Shown piece after piece: positions 12,078-24,794 of a DNA stretch of 64,000 nt; within the stretch, counting starts at the first letter, position 1; the number at the start of each line of letters is the position of its first letter. The position numbers and the translations under genes are program-made. The notes under the pieces were generated by a model, which was given only the letters and a program-made list of their open reading frames with translations, did no database searches and was not told where the DNA came from. The stretch is from NCBI GenBank assembly GCA_951406725.2, contig OX597827.1, positions 77,376,001 to 77,440,000 on the forward strand, in the 5' to 3' direction. The DNA comes from Octopus vulgaris (taxonomy: Eukaryota).

Positions 12078-12386
12078 ACATGTTAAATAAAATGAGACAA
12101 CAGAGCCAAGGCTGTACAGAATTTTCAGGACATTTATAAGGAGAAAGTCAGTCTTACAGCTGTTTCTGGGATATTAGGGATATCCCTTCATCAGAGACGA
12201 TGTGAGATGGTTAAATAGAGGGAAGTATAAGAGTTCAATGTGAGGAGTTATTTTGGAAAAGGAACCAAATAAGGAGTATATAGGGAAATATACTCCTTAT
12301 TTGGTTCCTAAGACTAACTTTCTCCTTATAAATGTCCTGAAAATTCTGCACAGCCTTGGCTCTGTTGTCTCATTTTATTTAACATA
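12078..12386. mobile_element. Penelope-like non-autonomous element with ~80-bp inverted repeats, a hammerhead motif and an internal 22-bp hairpin
   Basis: atgttaaataaaatgagacaacagagccaaggctgt...agtctta is mirrored by taagact...ttatttaacat. Internal hairpin at 12260-12309. Flanked by (TA)n. Confidence 0.65.
12151..12198 (-). ncRNA. Minimal type-I hammerhead ribozyme motif, intact core
   Basis: Minus strand reads gtct-CTGATGA-a-gggatat(cccta)atatccc-a-GAAA-cagctg-TA-agac: 4-bp stem I, 7-bp stem II, palindromic stem III, GUA cleavage triplet. There is an A.A mismatch at the base of stem II. Confidence 0.8.
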
Positions 12387-12522
12387 TATATATACTCATA
12401 CCAGACCTGCATTAGATTCCTCACTCGTATCATTATTGAACTGAGAGTTTAAATACAGTCCTTCCATAGCACTTATACAGTGTCACCTACCACCTTCGGT
12501 CTCCTGGATATCAATACCTCTC

Positions 12523-12588
<66 letters not shown>

Positions 12589-12653
12589 ATATATATGTAT
12601 GTATGTATGTACATATGCATGTATAATTTGGGACAATCAGTAAGTTGTCATTA

Positions 12654-12710
12654 TAGGACTCAGAGTTTTGAATGTCGGAGCGAAGCGCTACTATGCATTC
12701 TCGTCAGCTG
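12654..12710 (-). ncRNA. Decayed hammerhead motif
   Basis: cag-CTGACGA-gaatg...cattc-AAAA-ctctgag-TC-cta. The GAAA to AAAA change is consistent with CpG decay. Confidence 0.5.
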
Positions 12711-12739
12711 GCAATAGACACTATGAAAAACTGTTGTCC

Positions 12740-12841
<102 letters not shown>

Positions 12842-12852
12842 GCAGACATTTA

Positions 12853-13025
12853 GGTGCAGGAGTGGCTGTGTGGTAAGAAGCTTGTTTCCAACCACATTGT
12901 TCCAGGTTCAGTCCTACAGCGTGGCACTTTAGGTAAATGTCTTCTGCTATAGCCTCAGGCCGACCAAACCCTTGTAAGTAGATTTGGTAGACGGAAACTG
13001 AAAGAAGCCTGTTGTATATATATGT

Positions 13026-13057
<32 letters not shown>

Positions 13058-13268
13058 GCATTTGTTTGTGTGTGTGTGTGTGTTTGTCCCCCCATCATTG
13101 CTTGACAACCTATGCTGGTGTGTTTACATTTCCATAACTTAGCAGTTCAGCAAAAGAGACTCATAGAATAAGTACTAGGCTTACAAAGCATAAGTCCTGG
13201 GGTTAGTTTGTCGACTAAAGGCAGTGCCCCAGCATGGCTGCAGCCAAATGACTGAAACAAATAAAAGA
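12853..13268 (+). mobile_element. SINE A copy
   Basis: Full length, more diverged. Confidence 0.85.
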
Positions 13269-13739
13269 ATTTTAAAAATACATACACACACATATATATA
13301 TAAAACATCATCATCATCAACCACCCATCCTTCCTTCAACTTAAGGCTTGGGCTCACTGGGCAAGTTACCCAGGAATCCCATAACTCTAGAAGATTGTAG
13401 CCTAGAGGTCCTAGTATATAGGGGCCATGTGTATTGCTCTGCCTGAGGGATTGTAATGCTCTCAGGAGAGCCTTGCTCTTTAAGACAGATTGAACTCAGC
13501 TTCCTAAGCTAAATAATTGTAGTTTTATTCTATTGCTACAGCTGCTTGGAATGGCAAGATGTTCCTACCCTGTGCTACCTCTTTTATAGATAGATGGACT
13601 GGTCCATCAGTGAGGTAAATGTCCTGGCCATGGATACAAAAGTGTGTTGGTGAGAGTATAGAAACTATTGATCTCTGTGCTAATTTCATTGTGCTTTACT
13701 CATTTAGCCATCTGTGCTCTAACAATATACAGACATAAA

Positions 13740-14595
13740 GGCAGCGAGCTGGCAGAAATGTCAGCATGCCAGGCGAAATGCTTAGCACTATTTCATCTGT
13801 CTTTACGTTCTGAGTTCAAATTCCACTGAGGTTGACTTAGCCTTTCATCCTTTCGGGGTCGATTAAATAAGTACCTATTTCTTTACTACCTACAAGGGGC
13901 TAAACACAGAGAGGACAAACAAGGACAGACAAACGGATTAAGTCGATTATATCGACCCCAGTGCATAACTGGTACTTAATTTATCGACCCCGAAAGGATG
14001 AAAGGCAAAGTCGACCTCGGCGGAATTTGAACTAAGAACGTAACGGCAAACGAAATACGGCTACGCATTTCGCCCGGTGTGCTAACGGTTCTGCCATCTC
14101 GCCGTCTTGTAATCGACTTAATCTCTTTGTCTGTCCTTGTTTGTCCCCTCTATGTTTAGCCCCTTGTGGGCAATAAAGAAATAAGAATTCTTAGCACACC
14201 GGTCGAAATGCTTAGCAGTATTTTGTCTGTCTTTACATTCTGAGTTCAAATTCCACCGAGGTCCACTTTGCCTTTCGTCCTTTTGAAATAGATAAATTAA
14301 GTGCCAGTGAAACACTGGGGTCGATATAATCAGCTTGTCCCCTTCCCCAAAATTTCAGGCCTTGTGCCTTTAGCTGAAAGGTTTACTATTATTTTAAAAG
14401 CTGGCAATCTGGCAGAATGATTAGCGGTATTTTGTCTGGCTTTACATTCTGAGTCCAAATTCCGCTGAGGTTGACTTTGCCTTTCATTGTTTTGGGGTCG
14501 ATAAATTAAGTACCAGGTGCATACTGGGTTGATCTAATCAACTGGCTCCCTCCCCTAAAATTTTGGGCCTTGTGCCTAGAGGAGAAAAGAATAAT
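13740..14595. mobile_element. Cluster of nested SINE family D copies
   Basis: ggcggcgagctggcagaa...GAGTTCAAATTCC...GCCTTTCATCCTTTCGGGGTCGATAAATTAAGTACC in both orientations. Confidence 0.85.
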
Positions 14596-14899
14596 AATAT
14601 TTCATTAGCTTGAAGCTTTTAAGCGAACACTGGATTATTGACTGAAGAAAATAGTCTAATTTGGGAGCAATATAAGTCCTTGATGGGAAAAAAAAAAAGG
14701 TAGGGTTTTCTGTATGTGTGGGACTTCAACCCACACCTCTATGCTTTCATGACAAGAGTGCTATAATTACACCAATGTACCTTGTTACACCTCTCCATCA
14801 GATTTAAGAACTATAATTTCATATTGTTGTTTTTATCATAGAAAATGCAGATTTGTTTATATATATACAGGTGTGGCTGTGTGGTAAGAAGCTTGCTTC

Positions 14900-14932
<33 letters not shown>

Positions 14933-15028
14933 CGGGAAGGTTTACGAAAATAAACAAAAGACGAAGGCAGGTGGAGTACAAACAAACAATTGTATGAGTA
15001 TGGTGCTCAGGAATAGAAATAGAACAAG

Positions 15029-15066
15029 TCTTTTACGTTTCGAGCCTACGCTCTTCGACAGAAAGA
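15029..15066 (-). ncRNA. Very small hammerhead-like motif with variant core
   Basis: tcttt-CTGTCGA-a-gagc(gtag)gctc-GAAA-cg-TA-aaaga. Core position 6 is U rather than A. A decayed relative lies at 5907-5940 (-). Confidence 0.5.
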
Positions 15067-15117
15067 TACACAGAAAAGAAACAAGGAGAGAAAAAAATGC
15101 ATGTAGGAGCTAACGGT

Positions 15118-15160
<43 letters not shown>

Positions 15161-15465
15161 GTGTGTATGTATGCATGTGTGTACATGTGTGCCCTTATCT
15201 TGACGTTGTCATCTCTCACCTGTTCCTTAATAGCATTATATCTCCCCATGTCTGGCCATAGGAAAAATATTACATTGTTTGGAAACAGGTGAGAGGTGGT
15301 AACAGGAAGGGTGTCTGGCTGTGGAAAAATCTGCCTCTACAAATTCTATCTGACCCATGCAAGCATGGAAAAGTAGATGTAGAATGTTGATAAGGATGAT
15401 AACTCGGTTGATGTAAAAGTCAGCTTACTCCTGCAATCAGATATGACAAATCTGAAGGAGATTAA

Positions 15466-16347
15466 CCCTTTTGATATCAATCCACCTGAAACTGCCTCTG
15501 TACAAATGTCTTGTTTTTATAAATTTTGAATTAAAATCTTCCACCAAACATTAGTCACAATTTATGTTCCTAACACCAGCTTAATGATAACTAAGTTATT
15601 TTACTAAATTCTTTCATCATCATTATTTAACGTCCGTTTTCCGCGCTAGCACGGGTTGGACGGTTCGACCGGGGTCTGGGAAGCCAGGGGCTGCACCAGG
15701 CTCCAGTCTGATCTGGCAGTATTTCTACAGTTGGATGCCCTTCCTAACGCCAACCACTCTGCGAGTGTAGTGGGTGCTTTTTATGTGCCAGGGGAGTCTG
15801 GCATCGGCCATGATCGGTTGGTGCTTTTAACATGCCGATGCACAGCAGCCAGCCAAGGCGGCACTAGCATCAGCCACGTTTGGATGGTGCTTTTTATGTG
15901 CCACCGGCACAGAAGCCAGTCGAGGCGGCGCTGGCATCGGCCATGTTCGGATGGTGCTTTTTGAACGTGGCTGATGCCAGCGCCGCCTCGACTGGCTTCT
16001 GTGCCGGTGGCACATAAAAGCACCATCAGAAGTTATATTTAAAATTAATTGAAAGAAACACAGAGCATCTCAACAGAAATAAGGTAACAAAAGGGTTAAA
16101 ATATATAATAGAAAAATAATTCTTAACCCATTCGTTAACAATCCGGCTGAAACCACCTCTGGCTCTGAGTACAAATGTCTTGTTTTCAAAAGTTCTGAAT
16201 TAAAATCTTCCATCAAACCTTAGTCACAATTTATGTTCCTAACACTAGCTTAATGATAACTAAATTACTTTACTAAATTCTTTGTTATATTTAAAATTAA
16301 TTGAAAGAAACACAGAGCATCTCAACAGAAATACAGTAATGAAAGGG
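15466..16347 (+). mobile_element. Dimeric piggyBac-type MITE; the first unit is interrupted by an RTE tail at 15615-16030
   Basis: TTAA-CCC...GGG-TTAA units at 15466-16095 and 16127-16347, separated by a 23-nt spacer. Confidence 0.8.
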
Positions 16348-16362
16348 TTAAGTTGATTTCTT

Positions 16363-16587
16363 AACCTTTACATCACAAGATTTGTTTTGAAATATTCTGT
16401 GTTTGTTTAAATTAATTTTGAAAATTTAGAATTTTTTAGTAAAATGACTATCAATATTAATTAATGTTTGGAACATAAATCAACGTAAGATTTTCATGGG
16501 AGGTCTTTAATTTAAATCACTTTGAAACCCGAAGCTTACTTTATAGAAACAGGGGTGATTTGAGGGGAGTTAGTATCAAAAGGGTTC
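16363..16587 (-). mobile_element. Older diverged piggyBac-type MITE in reverse orientation
   Basis: ttaacctt...tatcaaaagggttca, similar to the reverse complement of the neighbouring MITE. Related decayed copies at 32818-33170, 47965-48090 and 48825-49012. Confidence 0.55.
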
Positions 16588-16679
16588 ACACTCATGGTAT
16601 TGCTGGTAATTATTTCTCTTCTGAATGAGAAGATTCTTGTTTCTCCTTGCTAATAAACACATTTCTTCAAAAGTATAGT

Positions 16680-16832
16680 TTGTGTGTGTGTGTGTGTGTG
16701 TGTGTTTGTATGTGTGTGTGTGGGTGTTTGTTTGTGTGTGTGTGTGTGTGTGAGTGAGTGTGTGTGTTTGTTTGTTTGTGTGTGTGTGTGTGTTTGAGTG
16801 TGTGTGTATGTTTGTGTGTGTGTGTTTGCTTG

Positions 16833-16877
<45 letters not shown>

Positions 16878-16960
16878 TATGTATGTGTGTGTGTGTTTGT
16901 ATGTGTGTGTGTTTGTTTGTGTGCGTGTGTTTATGTGTGTGTGTGTGTTTGTGTGTGTAT
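16680..16960. repeat. Imperfect (TG)n microsatellite
   Basis: Direct inspection. Confidence 0.9.
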
Positions 16961-17389
16961 TGAACTGTGAGAATGAGTGCTAAATACTGCATTGGTGGAT
17001 GAAGATCCTTAATTTGTGTATTAAGGCCACCACTGGTCTCATGCTAAGGAAGGTCTCAACAACCATGGAGCCCATCACATAAAAATATATCTCTACATGC
17101 ACACAACATGGTCATCATCCCCATTTAATATCCATGTTCCATGCTGGCATAAGTTGGAAAGTTTGACAGGAACTGGTGTGTCCAGGGGCTGCATTGAGCT
17201 CCAGGGTCTGCTTGGGTATTGTTTTTACTGCTTAACGCCTTTCCAAATGCCAACCACTTTACGGTGTTGACCGGGTGCTTTTTACCTGACACCGTCACTG
17301 GTTTGGTCACCTTGCAGTTCACATGCGCTGAGGCCGGAAATTACTCTGCAGAGTAAACAATGACCAAATTATTCTAGAGAAGTCTTCGT

Positions 17390-18378
<989 letters not shown>

Positions 18379-18522
18379 TCTAAAAAAAATGTTTTTGTTC
18401 AGCTCCAAACCCATATATTTCACTTTTCCCAGTGAAAAATAGACTTAATCCAAGTTTAAGCCACTGACCACTGCTAGTTTTACAGATTAATTTGTTTTGT
18501 TTTTTTCTTTTTATTGTCGAAA

Positions 18523-19428
18523 GGTCATTGTGCATACATGACAGATTGTAAGTGCCCTGAGAGAAAAGTTGGGCATAAGAAGCATCAAATGTGGTGTGCA
18601 AAAGAAGCGTCTGCACTGGTATGGCCATGTGTTACATATGAATGAAGACAGCTGCATGCGGAAGTGCCACTCCCTAACTGTAGAAGGAACCTGTGGAAGA
18701 GATAGACCCATGAAGATATGGGATGAGGTGGTGAAGCATGACCTTTGAACATTGGGCCTCACAGAGACAATGACAGGAAACCGGGACCTTTGGAGATATG
18801 CTGTGATTGAGAAGACCCTGCAACTTTAGTGAGATCACAGCTACGCATGTTCAGCCCTGTTAAGAATATCCCTGACACATCAGGTGATATGATATGCTTG
18901 AGAAGACCTGTTGAGTCAAGTAAAACCAATATCGTAGCTGTGGCCAGTGCTGCGTGACTGGCTCCCGTGCTGGCTACATGTAAAAAGCACCATCTGAACG
19001 TGGTTCATGCCAGGTCCACCTGACTGGCTCCTGTGCTGGTAGCATGTAAAAAGTACCAACCGATCGTGGTCGATGCAAGCACCCACTGACTGGTTCTTGT
19101 GCCAGTGGCACATAAAAAGCACCATCTGAATGTGATCAATGCTAGGTTCCTCTGACTAGCTCCTGTGTCTGCAGCACGCAAAAAGCACTATCCGAACAGG
19201 ATTGATGCCAGGCCAGCCTGACTGGCTCCTGTGCCGGTGGCACGTAAAAAGCATCCACTACACTCTCGGAGTGGTTGGCATTAGGAAGGGCATCCAGCTG
19301 TTGAAACATTGCCAGATCGGATTGGAGAGCCTGGTACAACTGCTGGCTCTCCAGACCTCTGCCAAACTGTCCAACCCATGCCAGCATGGGAAACAGACAT
19401 TAAATGATGGTGATGATGATGATGATGA
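18523..19428 (+). mobile_element. 5'-truncated RTE-clade LINE: ORF C-terminus, 3' UTR with tandem units and (GAT)n tail
   Basis: LREKLGIRSIKCGVQKKRLHWYGHVLHM, EGTCGRDRPMKIWDEVVKHDL, NRDLWR is a typical RTE C-terminus. Confidence 0.9.
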
Positions 19429-19846
19429 TTGTAAATTATTTGAAGTGATTTTAAAACAAAAGCCATAAGGTTGTCAGAAATAAATTTTTTACTTTTGTTG
19501 GGTTTCTTTTTACTTATTACTGGATAATGATGTGTGTGTGTGTGTGTGTGTGTGTAGGTATGAGTGTGCATGCATGCATGTAAGCTTATGTAATGTGTGT
19601 ATGTGTTAATACATTTGTGTGAGTGTGTGTGTGTGTGCATGTGAATTTTATGTATGTATGAAAGTGTGTTTGCATATGTATGTATGTGTGTGGGTATATG
19701 TATAAGTATACGAGAGCATGTGTATGTGTCTGCTCCCATGTGTGTGTGTCAGTTTGTGTAAACGCATGTATACATGTTTGTATATATAAGTGCACCTTAG
19801 TGTGCAGAGGTATGTATGTGTGTGTGTATGCAAGTGTGTGCAAGTG

Positions 19847-19889
<43 letters not shown>

Positions 19890-20619
19890 ATGTGGGAAAA
19901 GTTTGTGACCTTTCTAATTATTTCACGAATTTCCTCCATTCAGTGTCATATTTTGACAAGTTACAAAACCAATCAAAAATTAATTAAAACTAATTAAACC
20001 AACCCCACAACACATGGCATTATTGATAACCAATTTAGCAGAAATTGTTGACACCCATTTTTACAATTTTCACCAGTGAACACAAGCCAGCAAAATTTGA
20101 CTCCTCCTACTATAATACCAACCATGAGTGATGACCACTCCTATTATTATAATAAGCTGGCTAAGCAGAACTTGTTAACTCAAACTTAAACCACACCCAT
20201 CCACAAATTAATACCATGCCTCTTCTTATAAACGTTGTTTGTTTTGTTTTGTTCTTAGCAACATCAATGAACAGGTGATGACCACTCATGGTCTTAGAAG
20301 CCAGTCAAACAGAACAATTGACTTCTCATCATAATAGACACACCCACAAACAAAATCCATTCCTTTAACTCCTCCTACCATAAATAACACCAGCTACAAG
20401 TGGATGACCACTAATTTTCTTTTAAACCAGACAAACAGAAATTACTATTCATCATAGCCACACCCACAAATGATGAACACTGGTTTCTTTGTCTATCAAT
20501 CAAAATACATGCATTTAAGTTAAAATTACATCAGCTACACCTGTTGTAGCACAACAGATTGACTCAGTAGTGCAGTGGGGGTGGGTGGTGATGGGAGTGG
20601 TCCATCTTGCGTGGGTGGG

Positions 20620-21043
20620 ACTTTTGGGTAAGTGTCTTCTACTATAGCCTTGGGCTGACCAAAGCCTTGTGAGTTGATTTCGTAGATGGAAACTGAAAGA
20701 AGCCCATCATATATATATATGCGTGCATATATATATATGCGTGCATATATATATATGAGTGCATGAGTCAAGGCGGCGAGCTGGCAGAAACGTTAGCACA
20801 CCGGGCGAAATGCTAAGCGGTATTTTGTCTGCCGCTACGTTCTGAGTTCAAATTCCGCCGAGGTTGATTTTGCTTTTCATCCTTTCGGGGTCGATAAATT
20901 AAGTACCAGTTACGCACTGGGGTCGATGTAATTGACTTAATCCCTTTGTCTGTCCTTGTTTAGCCCCTTATGGGCAATAAAGAAATAGGAAACTGAAAGA
21001 AGCCCATCATATATATATATGCGTGCATGAGTGTGTGGTGTGT

Positions 21044-21081
<38 letters not shown>

Positions 21082-21290
21082 TTTGTGTCTGTCTTTGTCT
21101 CCACCCTGCTACTTGACAACCAGTGTTGGTGTGTTTATGTTCCTGTAACTTAGCAGTTCGACAAAATAGACTGATAGAATATGTACCAGACTTTAAAAAG
21201 TTAAGTACTCAGGTCAAATCACTTGACTAAAAATTCTACAAAATGGTGCCCCAGCATGGCCCCAGTCTAATGACTGAAACAAGTAAATGA
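20620..21290 (+). mobile_element. SINE A copy interrupted by SINE D (20771-20987)
   Basis: Family A sequence resumes after the insert, with a long flanking duplication. Confidence 0.8.
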
Positions 21291-22274
21291 AATCTGGGCA
21301 GCACTCATTCTGGCTACACCAGTGCCTTTACTGCCCTAATTCCACTCCCTTAAAAACGGTCCCCAAATGGTGTTCATAGGACACTGAACCCATTCTGTTT
21401 GAGCATCCTAAGTATATTAGACACAAGTAAGGGTGTGTGGTTAAGAAGCTCACTTTGCAGTCACAGACGGTTTCAGGTTCAATTCCATTGCATGGCACCT
21501 TGGACAAATATCTTCTACTACAGCCCTGGGCCAACCATTCTGTACTTTGAGAGGGAATTTAGCAGACGGAAACTCAGTGAATTTAGTAAACTGTTATGTA
21601 TGTGTGTGTGTGTGTGTGATGCCAGCGCCGCCTCGACTGGCTTCTGTGCCGGTGGCACATAAAAAGCACCATCCAAACGTGGCCGATGCCAGTGCTGCCT
21701 TGGCTGGCTTCCATGCCGGTGGCACGTTAAAAGCACCAACCGATCATGGCCGATGCCAGACTCCCCTGGCACCTGTATCAGTGGCGCGTAAAAAGCACCC
21801 ACTACACTCGCGGAGTGGTTGGCGTTAGGAAGGACATCCAGCTGTAGAAACACTGCCAGATCAGACCGGAGCCTGGTGCAGCCCCTGGCTTCCCAGACCC
21901 TGGTCGAACCAGCCAACCCATGCTAGCGCGGAAAACGGACGTTAAACGATGATGATGATGATGATGATGTGTATATATAGATACAGGCGTGGCTGTGTGG
22001 TAAGAAGCTTGCTTCCCAACCACATGGCTCTGGGTTCACAGCCATGTATACACATATTTATGTATGTATTTGTGTGTCTGTGTTTGTCCCCCCCCCCCAA
22101 CCATCATTGCTTGACAATTTATGTTGATGTGTTTGTGTCCCCGCAACTTAGCAGTTCGGCAAAAGATACCGATAGATGAAGTACAAGTCCTGGGGTCAAT
22201 TTGTTTGAGTAAAAGGCCGTGCTCCAGCATGGCCACAGTCAAATGACTGAAATGAGTAAAACAATAAAAGAATG

Positions 22275-22581
<307 letters not shown>

Positions 22582-22614
22582 GTGTACATTTAAACACAAA
22601 AGAGGCGACCCTTA

Positions 22615-22651
<37 letters not shown>

Positions 22652-22652
<1 letters not shown>

Positions 22653-23017
22653 TACTCTTTTACTCTTTTAGTTGTTTCAGTCATTTGACTGTGGCCATGC
22701 TGGAGCACCACCTTTAGTCGAGCAAATCGACCCCAGGACTTATTCTTTGTAAGCCTAGTACTTATTCTATCGGTCTCTTTTGCCGGACCGCTAAGTTACG
22801 GTGACGTAAACACACCAGCATCGGTTGTCAAGTGATGTTGGGGGGACAAACACAGACACACAAACATATACACACACATATATATATATACATATATACG
22901 ACGGGCTTCTTTCAGTTTCCGTCTACGAAATCCACTCACAAGACTTTGGTCGGCCCGAGGCTATAGCAGAAGACACTTGCCCAAGGTGCCACGCAGTGGG
23001 ACTGAACCCGGAACCAT
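22652..23017 (-). mobile_element. SINE A copy
   Basis: Reverse match. Partial copies also at 21425-21600(+), 21985-22272(+) and 23360-23446(+). Confidence 0.85.
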
Positions 23018-24078
23018 ATATATATATATATATATATATAAAACTTACAAAATACACATTGAGTCGAAACAGGGGCAGCTGAAGAAGGGGAATGTTCCTT
23101 GTGTTGTTTGTCTTGTATTCTGTTTTTCCGTTGTTAAAAAAAGTCTGTTTCCTTGTTTGGTTTTATGTTTTCCTTTCTCGTTGTGTTCTACGTTTATTTG
23201 TGGTGTCCTGTACTCATATATGCATGTATATATACATATAGATGTAGGTATGTACATATATGTATGTATGTATGCATATGTTTTATTTATTAAATTGTTA
23301 TTATATATATATATGTATGTGTATATATATGTATATGTATATATGGTGCAAGAATAGCTTTGTGGTAAGTAGCTTGCTTCCCAACCTCATGGGTCCGGGT
23401 TCAGTCCCACTGCTTGGCACCTTGGACAAGTGTCTTCTACTATAGCTTTCAGGGGTCGATTAAATAAGTACCAGTTACGCACTGGGGTCGATATAATCGA
23501 CTTAATCCGTTTGTCTGTCCTTGTTTGTCCCCTCTGTGTGTAGCCCCTTGTGGGCAGTAAAAAAATAATCACCATCATCATCGTTTAACATCCGCTTTCC
23601 ATGCTAGCATAGGTTGGACGGTTTGACCGGGGTCTGGGAAGCCAGGAGGCTGCACCAGGCTCCAGTCTGATCTGGCAGTGTTTCTACACCTGGATGCCCT
23701 TCCTAATGCCAACCACTCCGTGAGTGTAGTGGGTGCTTTTTATGTGCCACCGGTTCATGGGCCAGAGGAGGCTGGCAAACAGCCACAGTCAGATGTTGCT
23801 TTTATGTGTCATCGACATGGATACCAGTCAGGCGGCACTGGCATCTGCCACGTTCGGATGGTGCTTTTTACGTGTCACTGGCACGGGTGAAACTCTTTAA
23901 TTCATCCTCACTGAAGTCATTCTTCTATGTTATGTTTACCTCATCCAGGCATTCAACTCCAAACAACCGTACTGGAAATGGGTTGCGTCTGTGTTATTTC
24001 CAAATAATTTGGAAAATTTATTGAGTCTGATACATGACATAAACACCATTCTTTGGATTTTATCTCATAGCAAGTCTC

Positions 24079-24125
24079 CTATTACAGAATGTTCTGTTTC
24101 AAGGACTTTCTCTCTCATCAGGCAA
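24079..24125 (-). ncRNA. Decayed hammerhead motif in a direct-repeat element
   Basis: ttgc-CTGATGA-gag(agaaagtc)ctt-GAAA-caga(acat)tctg-TA-atag. The paralog at 24570-24616 keeps stem I (ctgt/gcag) but has a mutated core. Confidence 0.55.
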
Positions 24126-24794
24126 TGTAAAAAAGATAGCACCACTTCTGTGACAAGTAGTCACTTGGGGCTGGATTTAAAACTGCTCAGAGCAATAAAC
24201 TGTGTTGAGAAACACACTTATATAATCAATTTGATGAAAGAGCTTTACTTTGAAAAACTATCATAAAGTATCAACATGAAGATCACTTCTTGAGAACATA
24301 CACTCTTGGCATTATGACACATACATACTCAGTAATATGGCACACACACAGTCCTCAGAGTACATCATTAATTAGTTTTGATGAGGCATTTTTTCCACCA
24401 AAATTCTCCAGTTGTTCATAGAATTATGGATTATTTGAAGGTGCAACATAAGTATATAGACAGAAAGAATTGATGGAAAGAGCTAACATCTGACTTGCAC
24501 AAACACACAGGTATACAGGTATACATATAAATTATGAGATATACGTGATCTTATATCATAACAGGTGTCCTGCAACAGATTATTCTGCTTCGAGGACTTT
24601 ATCTCTCTTTAGACAGTGTAAAATACCCCAAATCGTCTCTGTCGCCAGCAATCATTTGGGGTTGTATATAAAACTGTTCAGAACAGACAAATGTGTCAGG
24701 AAAGAAACACTTATATATACTACATATAATATATAGTATATGTAAGTGTTTGTTTCCTGATGCGTTTGCCTGTTCTGAGCAGTTTGTGTTTGGA

